Shown here: positions 11,901 through 26,016 of the stretch, in pieces
Layout of the letters: every line of letters begins with the position of its first letter
Numbering within the stretch: the first letter of the stretch is position 1
From: Epiperipatus broadwayi
Lineage: Eukaryota; Animalia; Onychophora
Assembly (NCBI GenBank): GCA_028023455.1
Contig: JAQFVV010000009.1
Span: 1,674,001 to 1,738,000, forward strand
Reading direction: 5' to 3'
DNA length: 64,000 nucleotides
The notes under the pieces: model-generated
Told to the model about the DNA's origin: nothing
The model's database searches: none
What the model saw: the letters and a program-made list of their open reading frames with translations, nothing else
Position numbers and translations under genes: made by a program

Positions 11901-13143
11901 GAAAATATTAATTGTAAATTAGGAAGGTCGCATGACTATTTTATAGAAAAATTTTAAGATAAAAGTCATTATATTTTTAATATTGAACTTTATTTTTATT
12001 TTTTTGATATTATAATATATTGAATATTTCAGTGTGCATAGTTGTGATCAGATTTCAGAGGTGTGATGTACATTTTTATTTAAAATAAGGTAGATAATAT
12101 AAAAAATATATAATAAATTATTAAATGACACATTTTAAAATAATATAATAGATTTGTTAAAAAAGGTTTAAATTGAAAAAAAAAACTGGTAAATTATATA
12201 AATTATGTTAAAAGCTCTTATCAAAGAATGTAAAATATATAGCAAAACAATTCAGTTAAAAAATAGATTTTAAACGATTAAACTAAAAATAAGTTAATTA
12301 AAGAAAGATTAAGCCTGTTTTGATAAGAGATTTGAAGACAAGAAAACATTCAGGCAATTTAATAGTAACATTGTTTTGCAAGTTCAATCAATTAAATAAT
12401 AAAAGTGTTTGTAAAGTCTTGTAATTAAAATAAAATCAGATCAGAAAGGTGTCAAAAATAAGATATTAAAATTGTTAAAAACAAAATTATCAAAGCTTAT
12501 GACAAGCAAGATAAAAGGTGTTAAAAACAACATTAGGTTGTTCAAAAACAAAAGTAAAACTTATATGAGTTTTTTTAGCAATCATTCAATCTGGATTCAT
12601 GTTTTTATCAAGCTTCATTCAATCTGGATTCTTAATACATTCAAGCTACATTGAAATTTCATTATGATGATTTAATAGAAAAAAGAAAAATCTACTGACT
12701 GCTGGAACCTGACCCTGCTATTTTTCAAATGTGTCTCTTAATTAAAATAAAGAATCAATGCTTAAACTTTAAATTTCAAGACAGGAGATTGTTAAAAGAT
12801 ATTAGGGCATCATTTAAATGGGATCAATTAAAATGTTCCATCATGGTAGAAGTCAAACTCCAGTCGTAGAACTTATGCTTTGTAAGTCAAAAAAAAAAAA
12901 ACGAATTAAACGGTTATCCTAATGTGTTTATCATTTTAAGTTTTATTTTCGATAAATATTTAATTCTAAAATTATATTTTATATAACTGATTGATCAAAA
13001 CAAGAAACAAAGGTCTTTTTTTTAGTTTTTTTTTAAAAAGTTAGTTTTAATCTACTGAAGTTAAAAAAAGATTTGAAGAAACAAAAAATTAGTTTCATCT
13101 CATAGTTTTCTTTAACATCAAACTGGCAGATAAATAATCAAAG

Positions 13144-13291
13144 CAAAACTCTCCGTACAGTATTGCCACTCAGTGCATCCATTGATTACTCTGGCTTGCA
13201 CTGAGAGGCAATACTGTATAGAGGGTTTTGTCTGTTTTAATAACAGTTATAAGCGAGCGTAAGAAATGGTGATCATGTGATGTTCATTGTT
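13144..13291. mobile_element. Short inverted insertion of a diverged relative of the hammerhead-unit family
   Basis: A 34-bp minus arm is followed by a plus arm with family motifs (TCCATTGATTACTCT, GTTTTAATAACAGTTAT, GGTGATCATGTGATGTT). A perfect 14-bp TSD, ATAAATAATCAAAG, lies at 13130-13143 and 13292-13305. Confidence 0.85.
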
Positions 13292-16200
13292 ATAAATAAT
13301 CAAAGGTGTAATATTCACTTTAAACAAATATGCATACTTGTAAAATAATTAGAGTCCAAATAAAAAAAAAAAAAGAAGAAAAAATATATATGTCATATAC
13401 TTAATGATATTTTAAAGATTTATTTTGAAAGTCAATCGAGCCTATTTATGTACGAACTAACTCTCTTTTTGATTGCTGTGAGTTTAAATTAATGTATCTT
13501 ACAATTTACTATGTACACGCAATTATTAATCACTGTTAAATGATTTATTATTACACTATTTGGTGGCTTTATTCATAGTTTTATTCTGTAAATTTGGAGC
13601 CAGATTCAAAGGACTATTTCAGTGAAGTATTAGTAATAAATAGGGGTCAGATTCAAATAACCAACTCTGATAATTAGTTTGTTATTGTTAAATCAGGATA
13701 CAGACCTAAAGTGACCACTCCTAGAGTTGTCATTGTAAAAAAAAATGTAGTTGTTAAAATTATCTCATACTAGATATATGTGTGTAATTATGCTATTAAG
13801 CTTATAATATAAATCAATGTATTATATTTGTGAGGGTTTGCTATACATACAATTCTATTTGGAGTATATTAAAGATTAGGGATGTGCTCGTCATAGAAAA
13901 ATAATAATAGTAAGTTGTATTACAAGATTTAAACGAAATATTAATGTTTTAAAATTAATCAAAACAAATCTTGGACACTATAAATAACTATTGTTTTCCA
14001 CTGTGTGAGTGGATTAAAAAAAGAACGAAAAGAGAAAAAAGAGATTGGAGAAATAATTTTATTGATATATATATATCTGACAATTAACTAGTATTTTGTT
14101 ATTGATTTAAATAGTGTGTTAACTTTATTATATGAAATATTGTCTGGTCTGCATATTTATTCTATGTCCATTTCATCAGGAGTAACTTATGTTCTGCGGA
14201 GTCTAGCCCGATATTGAAAATAGCGACTGTAAAGTGCCATCATTATCTTATCAAAGAAAATATTTTCATAGCTTATTTAAATTTATATTTTCTGATGCTC
14301 AATATCATGTGATACCGGAGACAATTAAATAAATGTAAAGCTGACTGTTATAATATAAAAATTAAAAGAACGTAGCACAATATTAATGAATGTTAATTTT
14401 TATCGTAGAAAAATATTAATGAATGTTATTTTACAAATAGTTAACTTGCCATTATAAATAATTCTTGACTTATTTTAATATTCATTTTTATTAATAAAGA
14501 TGCCTCAGTTATAACAATATAGATCTCATTTTTTAGTCTATTTGAAATTTGTGTTTTACATTTTTGTAAATACAAACTCATAAAAGTAATGTCACCTTAT
14601 ATATGACTTGCTTTTTTGATTATTATAATATTAGATAGTATGGCTATTTGTTAATAAAACTTCCTATTTAGCATTATACATTAGTATGTTTGTTTAAGTG
14701 GAAAATTTTATAAACCTATTAAAATTATTGATATTTTATAAATTGAAGATAGAAGTTTGTCAAACCTGCTGTTATAATATATTTTATTCAAGTTAGACAG
14801 GTAGATGGAAAGTAGCACTTATTTTTTGGCTTAATTGTAAGTTGTGTGTTGATAATATAAGATATCATGTCAGGTGTATAGTAAACTTAGGTTGTATTAT
14901 TTAATAAAGATACTTGTCTAGCATAATGCATTGGCATGATTATTATAATATATGTTTGAAAATATAATAAAAAAGATAAAAGGAGGAATAAATACATTTT
15001 CATTGAAATAATAAAGAGGTGGAGAGAATAAAAAATATGTACATCTTCATAAAAAAATATATAAGTTTATAAAGAAATGGTAAATGCAGTCCTGTAAAAT
15101 TGATACTGTTACTAATAATTTATCAATTTTACTTTTAAAATTTGACAGCTAAATAATTTGCTTCTAATAATTATGATATAAAATGTTGCTTAAAAGTTAA
15201 AAAGTCAGTTGTTTTACATTTTTTGTTGTAAATGCATTCTTAATTAATAAACAAATTATCTCATGAGTTCACAGGTTAGTATGGGTTTGTAAAGTTTGAG
15301 TACAATAGCAAAGTATAATCTTTTTCACTTATTAATTAAACATAATGAATTTTAGGTTAAGTTTTATCTTTGACTAACAATCTTCTCAATAATGATTTTT
15401 TATTATTTCTTATCTTTATTTATTTTACATCTGTTTTTTTTATTTATTTATTTGTTTATATTTTATTAATGTCTTATTATTAATATCTCTGTGGTAGGAA
15501 GCAGCAATATGAAAGATATTGACAACATTTTATCATTAAGTGGTAGCAGCATTAACAAGACCTCAAATTGTTAGAGAAAAAATTATTTTATTTAGAACAT
15601 TAGACATCATATAATTAGGTAATCAAATCAAAATAAAATTACAGTGATGAAAGATGTGTTCTCAAATTTTATTATTAATAATATTAAACAAATGGCTTAT
15701 TGCTTGGGAATTCTCATGAAAATTCACATGAAGTTTGAGACCAGATGGGTTAAGGTCTAATATCTGTCATTCTACTTTTGCTAGAATCTAAACAAGACAA
15801 AAATAATCAAATGGTGTGTTGTGCAGAGTTTCATAAGAAGTTCATGCACTGAAGTGATAGAACTGGAGTTGCAATTCAACCTCTTGACCTCCAGAATTCA
15901 TACTCAATATTCCAATTAATTTATATGATGTGGTTAGATAAAAGCTAATTATATGCCCACCTGCTGATATTATTAGGCAAGAAAAAATATAAAGCTGCAA
16001 TGATATCATCAATAAAACATAGGCGATATAAATATGAACAAAAGGAAGCTTGATATAATAAAGCTGGAAATGGATCTTAAACATCTTAATAACTTAGAAG
16101 TTAGAAAATTGAACCAAATCGAATAATTTTTGACCAGAATATACTGAATATTACTCAGATCATGTGCAACAAAGAAATATGGTGTAGTTTACATTGCCAT

Positions 16201-17662
16201 AAAAATATTGCTGTAACTGTTATTGGATATTATTCTGTGATTGGTATGATTGAATATCTATTCAATTTTTTGGTTATTTATTCAATTTCATTCTGCAATA
16301 ACTCAATCAAAAAAAAAATTAAAGATTTATGTTGAGATTCTGGTAAAAATTTACAAAATTTGCAGACAAGATACACTTCTAGTGGAAAAATCTTGCAAGA
16401 ATGATGATGTTAAAAATAAGAACAAAGTTGAATGATGTAGACTTGAAAGCAGAAAAGAAGCAGAAAATGGATAATAAATCATGTCTCTTTTATTATCAAT
16501 ACATTTTTGAATAGTCAAGCTGCATACTATTTACATGGAAATTAATATAAAGTTCATATGGATAAAACAGTTAATATTCTGTACACTCAGTATTGAAAGA
16601 CTTCACTTTTAATAGTTGAACAGGGAACATTATCTAACATATCCATTATTTATGTGAACAATGAAGTTGAAAAATAGCTATCATTTCACCCAACATTCCA
16701 GATATAATATAAAAACATAATTTTTGCTTTTAAGAATAACACAAGATTGATTTAAAAGGTTTGAATTTAAATAATAGTGAGTCATTTAAATTGAGTATAT
16801 GAGATAATTTTGCCTAAAATGTAATACAGATCTCACATAAGTTAGTTCTGTATTTTAGAGTTTTCCAGTTTTATAATATCTGAAAGCTCCTTTACCTATT
16901 GGCTAGTAATACCAGAAATAATATTACATGGCTTTTATATGTTTACTCATGTATTTCAAAGAACAATTATTGTCATCCTATTCTACAACCATATAACTTT
17001 ATTAGTTAATCAAATAAAAGGTGGCATCTAGATTCTTAAAGATATTATTTTAAGTTTTGAGTTTATATCTTCCTAAAAAAGGTAAAAGCCAGAAAACAGT
17101 TGGAGAAAATTTTATAGTTCTATTAACATCTAGTGTCCATTGATTTTTCAAGCTTATAATAGATAATTTTAAAATTGGGTGAAAATAATTGTTCTTGTAT
17201 TATTATATTTTTCAAACACATTAAAAAAGGAAACAATCTTAGACTAACCAGAACTATCTTTCAGGAAATTTATGCGATCAAAAGAATCTCTTAGTCATGA
17301 ATAAATTTGAAAAATAAAGCCATAACTGACATTCAATCAAAAATGGAATATTGTGTAGAAAGTTATATAACAACTACATAACCCATCATACTTGTAGTGA
17401 AATCACTTATATAAACAATTGTAATAATAAAAAATGAAGTTGCATTAGCCTTTGTTGTTTAGGAATTCATAAGACTGATCACAAAAAATAACAGAACTGG
17501 AAGCAAGAGTTCTAAAATCTGCCACTCTATCATTGTACTAAATTAGGTAGAATAAAATAAACAAATATTGTTCAGAAGTAGATAAAATATTCAAGCATCA
17601 GAGGTATGAGCTAGATTTATGATCTAAGTTGGAATCTTTTTTGTGTGAGTCTATATACTAAT

Positions 17663-17990
17663 GTCGTGCCAGTCTAGTGATGCTATTTGCTTGCAATTCC
17701 CTATAGTAGACTGCTTTGCAATTATTTTCATTGCAGCTAAATTTCATAAACAATCTAGAGGGCCTGATTTGGGGGCAACCTTTCACAATGAACTAAAAAA
17801 CATATGCTGATGCATTTAAGCTTTAGAACTCCTCCAAGTCTAAATAGGCTTATAAACAACATGAAGGACAGGTTGCTCCAGATGAGACTCTCCAGATTGA
17901 TTTATAAAATTAGCTGCAATGAAAATAATTGCAAAGCCGTTTATTATGGGAAATCACAAGCGAATAGTGTTACCAGACTGTCTAAGATCA
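17663..17990. mobile_element. Older remnant of a second Penelope-like family (GIY-YIG N-terminus), also inverted
   Basis: Plus arm translates FRTPPSLNRLINNMKDRL...LIYKISCNENNCKAVYYGKSQANSVTRL (GIY-YIG VYKISC...YIG pattern). 17665-17760 is its diverged reverse complement. Confidence 0.75.
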
Positions 17991-20900
17991 ATATATATAT
18001 ATATATTATACAATCAATATATATATTGTACACATTTCAATTTAGCCTGTGACTAAATTGCAATAGTGTGCATAAAATAACACACACAAAAAAAACATCA
18101 CATTTTCTTCTATAGAAAGAGGAAGTTGTAGGGTATCTGAATTTAAACCCTGCATAACTAATTCCCAAAAGACCTGAGAAATATCTCTTTATTCCACTCA
18201 TTTTATTAATCAAAGAAAGACAACTTATATTTTTAAATATCTATTAGAATTGTAAAGCACATATAAATAGTTGTCTGTAGACACAAACTATTCAATTAAT
18301 CCTTTTTCTGATTTTGATTATTAACCTTCTTTAAAATTAATTTATACTTAATAGATTCTAATAATCTTTCTTTAATAATACTTTAATTCTAATAGTCTTA
18401 CTAATTTATTTTCTGAATTTCAAGTTATAGCTTTTCAAGTCATTCATATTATTTTGTTTGTAGGCAGATTTTATGTGTCTGAATATGGATGAGTATGTGT
18501 ATTTATAAACATAAACTTAAAAACATTTACAGACACATTTAAAGAAAAGATTTTATTTAAATCATTTTATTTCTTTATAAAGAAATTATATTGTTTAAAA
18601 AGTTATATATTATTTAGGATCAATTTGTTTTGTTTTGACTGAAAGAGTTAGAGTTTCACTTAACCTTTCAGGCTGAGATCAAGGGTTAATAAGAGATAGA
18701 TGAAGGTCAAATTTCAGAGTCAAGGGGAGCTATGTGGAAGGATAGAGACAAAGAACATTAATTAGTCAGCAGTGAGATGACAGGATCAAGACATTTTTGG
18801 ATTTCTTGCTTAACAATAAATTTAGAAAAAATTGTCAATACAAAAATATATGTGAGGTCATCAGATAAACTAGCTGTGTATAAAAGCTGAAAATAAGTCC
18901 AGTAAGGGAAGAATAAATCGGATTGCTTGTCATAATTTTTATATATATTTTTAAAAGTTTCTATAGCTCAATGGCAGGCTAGAAAGATATTTTGTTATGG
19001 ACCTCCATTGTCCATTCAAGAAATTGATGCACATCTGAAGAGTTTAAATTCAAAGTATTAAAACATCTTGTAACTGATTGCTAAATAAGAAGACACTTAT
19101 TATTTCACCTGTACCGACAATTACAAATTAAAATGCTGAAATTTGTGAAGCCATGCTATTTCATTTATGCCATTTGCTGAGTTTAAACCAAAGCATAATG
19201 CTAAAATATATGGAAAGCAGAAATATCTATCTGTCTATTAAAAGTAATTATACTTAGAAGAAATGGAGAAACCATTCCAGTGCCAAATAGTCCCTATGGA
19301 AGCAAGTTATTTCACCATCATCATCACAGAAAAAAGAATCACAAGGCCAAGCCAAAATAGGACTGTTCCAGTAAAGTGCTAAAATTAGTAATACTATGCA
19401 TATTACATAATACTATGCATGTTACATATTGCTGTCAAATTTTAAACCTTCAACAAGCTGACTTTAAAATCGTTGGACTCTTTGAAACTGTATATGCCTC
19501 GAAAGTACAAGAACTAGAAATATGAATTTATATTTTTTATCAGTGATTATTAACAGATCTTTTTAATAATAAATCACTTTATCTCTCTCTTTAAATCTTA
19601 AAATGAAAATCAATTATAGAAGATTTTCAGTAATAATAGCTATTGCATTATTGATGAATTATGTATTCTTATATTGTTACACGTAACCATTTAAATGTGT
19701 ATTTTTTTTTTATAAAATATATTTATTATGTATTAATTCAAAATTAGGAAATATGTTGTTTATATTGTATGTAAAAAATAGTTTAATAGTTTTTTATTCA
19801 TAATGGGAATTGACACAGATACACATACACCTAGCAATAGATTTGTTTACATGTATATTTGTTGAGCATGAATGTTAAAAATCAGTATAAATTTAGCATT
19901 AGGAGAAAGGGTTTTTTAAAGTAATTAATGACCTAGATTGATGGACAGTCAGGTAAATAATTTGAACCTTATTTCTTTAAATGCTCTAATATCTATAATC
20001 TGACTAACTTTTCTCTATCATTTCTCTTTTTAATATTGTGTTTAAATTTATAAATATAAAATATATGTTATATGCAATAGGAAAGTATGTGCATGCATAG
20101 AGTGTTTATTTTTTAAAAATAAAAATGGGTTTTTAGGATATAAGAATTTTATTTATCCACTATAGAAATTAATGCACATACATTACACTAGATGATATGA
20201 ACATTGAATATGTATCATTATCACAAAGGGGGAGATCTTGGCATTATGATTATTATTTAAATGTAAACAATTTATCATTGTTAACAATGTATATTTTATA
20301 TCTGTATTAATGATTAATCAGTAATAAATGTTAATTTGTTTTTGTTAAAAGAGGTGTATATCTTTCTTAAGAGTTATTCATTATCTTGTTAATTATGGTC
20401 ATTCATCATCACTGATGAATATTAATCGTTAAGTCATAATTTAAATATAATAATGTTTTAGGTAAATAATTATAGGTTTATAAAAGATAAAATGTATGTT
20501 GTTAGTTCTAAAGCTATGGCTGAAAGTATCATTATCATCATCATCATCTTATTAATCAATAGTCTAAATAAATGTGTTTAATGGGCATATGAATAATGGT
20601 TTTCATTGTATTTATTATTAGTGAGCCATCATTAGGGATAATGATCATCATCTAAGATCATCAAACTCCCCTTATAACTTAGTGAATTGCCACAGATAAA
20701 CCCATAGTGTTTAATATGAGCTAGTCAGACTTATGAGAATGTTAAAATGCATTTATGCTATTAAAATCTTATATAATAATTTTGTCTGATAATTTTATTT
20801 GCACAACTTTTAGAATCATAAGGATGTTTTGTTTTCCTTAATGTTTGTGCAAATGTGATATGGTTCTAAAATACAAAATCCTACATCGTTATAAATAAAG

Positions 20901-23316
20901 TACCAAATGGTTTCAAACCAGGTACATCTATAAGTAGGTATATAATGTAACTTTCTCTAGGTTTAGATAGCCTAGTGTCACCCTGCATACTAGCTTATTT
21001 CGCTCATTTTCATTCTAATCTTGAAAAGACATTAATTTTTGATATATTTTATTAGTTACAATATATATACACTGTCATGCAAAAAAAGATCCCAATGTAA
21101 AATCAGTGTTTCATGAGCATCAATTGAATGCTGGCCTTGATTTTGATCCGCAGAGCATCAAAATAGTTACTAAGTGCAACAAAAGGTTAAAGAGACCTGG
21201 TTTATCACTAATAACATCCATGCACTAAACAAAAAAGACTTCTGCATAGCTTTGTTCCAGAAGTGGGATATGCAAATTATGTATTTACATATCAACCAGT
21301 AAATTACATATTTACATATTAAACAGCAAATATCAAGATTTATATTTTTTTTAATATTAACACCACTTGGGCTTACAAGCTGAAGTGCTATGATTATGAC
21401 TCCCTTCCTCTGGGTCAAAAGTAATGCTCAGAAAATTACTTATTTAATTGTCTAACAGAATGTAATCTGTTCTTGCATTAGCATATTAATGTTATTCATA
21501 GAAATAATTACCTTTCCTATAATCTTTTCTTGAAATATTAGAATAACTAATTTTTGAGTGTTATATGTTAATATAAAACTCAATAGGTGATGATAAACAT
21601 CAATAGGAAAATTACCAGATAAAATAAAAATTATTAACAATTAAGGAATTATATACAACATAGTTCAAAGTATGATGAGAAGCATTGACAAATAGGTTAT
21701 ATTGTTTGAAAACTCCAAAATGTACAAAACTTTAACATTCTAAAAGCTTTAGGAGATAAATAAGAAAAGTGTAAAGTAATTTTACCCTGGAAAAAAAAAA
21801 CTGGAATATTTAAATCACTAATAATAGTATTATTATAGCCAATCAAAAAATCTTAAAGTGAAGCCAGAAAATAATCAAGTTCCAAAAGTAAGAAAATTGG
21901 TTTAAAATATATATTTCCTAAGATAAGTTTAAAATTGTGATTTAAAATAATTTCATTCTATGTATACTGTATTTGCAAAGAGAAGTAAAATAAAGATCTT
22001 TAAAAAACTTCTTTATGAATAGCAATAAGAGTATTACCTCATTAAGTAATATTTTCCAGAGATCTATCAATTCACAAAATTCTAAATCGATTATCAAGTA
22101 AAGAAAATTGTGGATTTAAATAGGCTGTTAGAAATATAAGATCAAAGTGTTCCATTTCAAAGAATTGTTTAATTTGGGCATATTTAATTTGTATCCTTCT
22201 ATCATTCATACAAAAATAAAAAAGGCCTACCACGTTATCCAGGAATAAAAATAAAGCTAATAAAAAGAAAGAGGGAGAAAAAAAGAGAAGATAAATTCAA
22301 TCAAAGTCTTAAAAAATTAGACAAAGTTGCATAAAAAAAAAAGGAATGGAAGCACTTCAAGGCTATACATTTGAGGATATTAATTCATTGTGTTTATATG
22401 CAGGAGCAAAAATATAAAAGCAAATAGACAATTCACATTAACTTTATGATAAACAATGTTAGTTTTTAAACTACTTTCAAGGAATATTTTAATATCGCAT
22501 GAATTAAGTAAGATTCACTGTCATATTAGAAAGATAATATCTACTTTTTTTTAATGCTGATATTGGAATAAATATCAGTAAAGCAGTAAAATTAGAATTG
22601 TTTGAACTAACAGATATGTTTACTTTTTTAATCAATGAAAAATGAAGTATATTTTATTTTTCTTATTAGAAGACGAAGAAGACTATCTAAAATGATTTTT
22701 CCTATAATTAACATTATTATGGATATTATTATTAAGTCCAATGTATTGAATAATAATAACAACAACAGTAGATCACATTCATTAATAATTGAGTATGAGT
22801 TGTCCTAGCTGTATTAATAGCAAAAAAGACATTTCCAAAGATGAAATGAGAGAACCCAGCTAAGGATAACACTAACAAATCTTAAAAATAATAAAAGGAT
22901 TTCAATAAGATCATATGAGTGGGCCAATAAACTATATTATATGAAATTAAATTTTTGATATTAAAAAAATATAAATTGCTTTCTGGAATGTATAATAATT
23001 TGGCAAATGGAATAGCTTTAGATAAGCTAAAACAATTTTACTCTATTCTGTTTAAAATTAAGTGCTAATGGCATTACTTTTCTTTTGTATCATGAAATGA
23101 GGAATTGTTGTATTGAGTAAAACCAATCTTAGAGCACAGTATTACAGAAAGATTTTAATCAATCACTATTAAAAAATTATATACACCATGATATCTGGTA
23201 AAAAAGAATAAAATTCATTTTTATATTGAACTACAAAGGGCTTTATAAAAGTAACAAAACAAAGGAGTACTACATATACGATTTGCAGAATAATGTTGAA
23301 TCACATATCAGTAACA

Positions 23317-23548
23317 ACTCTCTCTATACAATAGTGCCATCTATTGCAAGCCTGAGTAATCTATGGATTCTAGGTTTGTGAATCAAAAGGCCTACCCAGA
23401 GCCTGAATGAATAGACATTGAATTAGAAACTTTGATACACAAAATTTCTAACATTAATTGATTATTGAGGTTTGCACTATTGCATAAAGAGTTGCTACTG
23501 TTTTAATAGATTGTGTAAGCAGAAGAAATGGTGGTCATGTGTTATTTT
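23317..23548. mobile_element. Degraded inverted copy related to the hammerhead-unit family
   Basis: Minus arm ...TGCAAGCCTGAGTAATCTATGGA; plus arm ...CTGTTTTAATAG...GAAATGGTGGTCATGTG. Confidence 0.6.
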
Positions 23549-24498
23549 AGTGGTTTAATCTTATATGAGTATAATTATAATATCACTTTAATTTCGCCTG
23601 ATCTTCATACAGAAAATTTAATAGATAAGCTCTAAGTTATAAGAGAATCTACACCATCACTTGACAATATTGTATAAATAAAACAAAAGCACACATTTAC
23701 AAGGACCACCAATTGATGAATGATTATAGATCCCATCAATGTCTTTAGTCAGATTTTATATAGGTAATATTAAACTTAATAGCTCTTTGTATTAAAATCA
23801 GTGAAAAAAATAAAACCCTTCAAGGTAAATGCAGCTGCTATTTGACAGTATCCATTAGTGTTTTTTAGATAAGCATCTATATTTAGAAGTATATGACCTA
23901 TTTTGTCAATGTCTTAAATTAAGATAGGAGTGGAAGATGACATTTGTATTCAGAATAACTTTCTTTTTTTAAAGACGTTAATCTAGAGGTAGATTTTGAT
24001 ATATATATATATATATGTATGTCATTAGAAATATTTCTATAGAGATCTTAGTACTGATCTCTGAATGCTTTTCTCTTTAGAGTGTGTTTATGCTGGTGGA
24101 ATATTTTTTGCTGATAACTTAAGTACTGAGTATTTTTTCTTTAAAGAACATAATTTACATTACTTGCCGAAATATATAGTTCAGCAAGTTCAAAATAATT
24201 TGTTTAGCTTTTCCATAAACTTTCTCGCCGCATTTAATTGTTTTGCTTTATGTAATTTTTTAAAAATGCAGTCCATTTATAGAATTTAAAGTTTTGGTTA
24301 ATACTAATAATTTTGCTATTTATACTTGTGATTTTATTAAGTACTTGTTTGTTTGTTTTTTTCAATTATTTTATAATAGAAATTCATTTTTATTATTTTA
24401 TGCAATAATTGTAAGCCAAATTACTGCCATTTTCACCAGCAAATTTAAATATCTTGAGAGTAAACTTTAGATTTGTCAAATGATTTTATCATATGCAT

Positions 24499-24973
24499 AA
24501 GTAGCGGCCAACTTTTGTGTTCATAATATCTACTTTTTATTTTAAAAATGTGTTGCGATCGACTTGTTGTCGTAGGCGTAGTCTAAGTGGAGGGAGGTAT
24601 GAAATACATACTATTTTTACATATCTACCTAGTAAAAAAATAACAATTATTTAACGGGCCAAAAAAACTCACGACCGGGGTAATTAAAGCAACATGAGTA
24701 ATTATTAACAATATTTATTAATTCAAATTAGCTACATTAAATCAAGATTAAAAATATTATTTTCAATAATGATATGACTTAGTGAACTTCACCTATCTAG
24801 AATTGGAAAAAAAAAAAAAAGAACAAAAACAAAAATAACAAAAAAACTTAAAAATCTTGACTTAATTTATTTCACTCGTTACCCGACAGTTTTTGCCAGA
24901 TTGGCCTCGCGATCGACCAAAAATGGCTTTGCGATCGACCAGTGGGTCATGATCGACTTGTTGGACACCCCTG
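24499..24973. mobile_element. Non-autonomous hAT (Charlie-like) derivative
   Basis: Right end TTGGACACCCCTG is the reverse complement of a CAGGGGTGTCCAA-type TIR. Repeated subterminal GCGATCGAC motifs are present. The left end is degenerate and no TSD was found. Confidence 0.6.
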
Positions 24974-25413
24974 AATTATACAGCATAATTTTTTGATCGT
25001 GTTCAGCAAGATATAATTAAGGGTTAAGGAAAAAATTTCTAATTAGTAATTAAAAAACAATACAATTTTGTTTGTTTACATCAGACACCAATTTCATCTA
25101 GTTATACTTAAAAAAAACTTTGGGTATTAGTATGCTGACATCGACTAAAAATCAAATAGTTGATATTTTGGACATTTTGTATAATAAAGTATATATAGAA
25201 ATAATATCAAAAAAGTTATAACTTATTAATATAATGCCATTCATATGTTGAGCAGTAAACATCACATGACCACCATCTCTTATGCTTGTGTATAACTGTT
25301 GTTAAAACAGGCAAAACTCACTATACATATGCCACACACAGCAAGCTAGAGTAATCAATGGATGCCAAAAGGCTTGTGCATAAAATCCCCATCTAGTGCC
25401 TACTCATCCAATA

Positions 25414-25455
25414 TCCCCAGACTAGTTTCTGGCTTGTGGCCTTCGTCAGTGAGGA
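25414..25455 (-). ncRNA. Type I hammerhead ribozyme (variant core)
   Basis: UCCUCA-CUGACGA-A-GGC(CACAA)GCC-A-GAAAC-UA-GUC-UGGGGA: 6-bp helix I, palindromic ACUAGU helix III, GUC cleavage triplet. Confidence 0.78.
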
Positions 25456-26016
25456 GCCTTGGATCTGAGAGCATTGCATCTAGATCTTAGGATCTAATGC
25501 AACCCTCCAGCAACCACCTGTTATCTCCATTTAACTACAAAACTATGAGTCTTAAACTGAAAACACTTTAATGTTTCCAATTCAAACTAGTCTGGGAATA
25601 TTGGATGAATAGGCAGTAGATGGGGATTTTATGCACAAGCCTTTTGGCATCCATTGATTACTCTAGCTTGCTGTGTGTGGCATACATATAGTGAGTTTTG
25701 CCTGTTTTAATAACAGTTATACACAAGCATAAGAGATGGTGGTCATGTGATGTTTATTGGCTTAAAACCAATCCTGCCTAATAGGATATTGGTGGCTATG
25801 GTTATTAAAGAACCAAAAACACCAAAATGTATGGGAACTGAACTGGGTTCAGACCCATATAACTATACAAGCTGAAGCTGATGGGCTTGAATTGGAAACA
25901 TTAAAGTGTTTTCAGTTTAAGACTCATAGTTTTGTAGTTAAATGGAGATAAAAGATGGTTGCTGGAGAGTTGCATTAGATCCTAAGATCTAGATGCAGTG
26001 CTCTCAGATCCAAGGC

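Noticed and set aside
15840-16450. Possible transposase remnant
   Set aside because: No diagnostic motif could be read with confidence.
18960-19380. Processed pseudogene-like stretch (PNSPYGSKLFSPSSSQKKESQGQAKIGLFQ; HHHHH run)
   Set aside because: No recognisable family in any frame and multiple stops.
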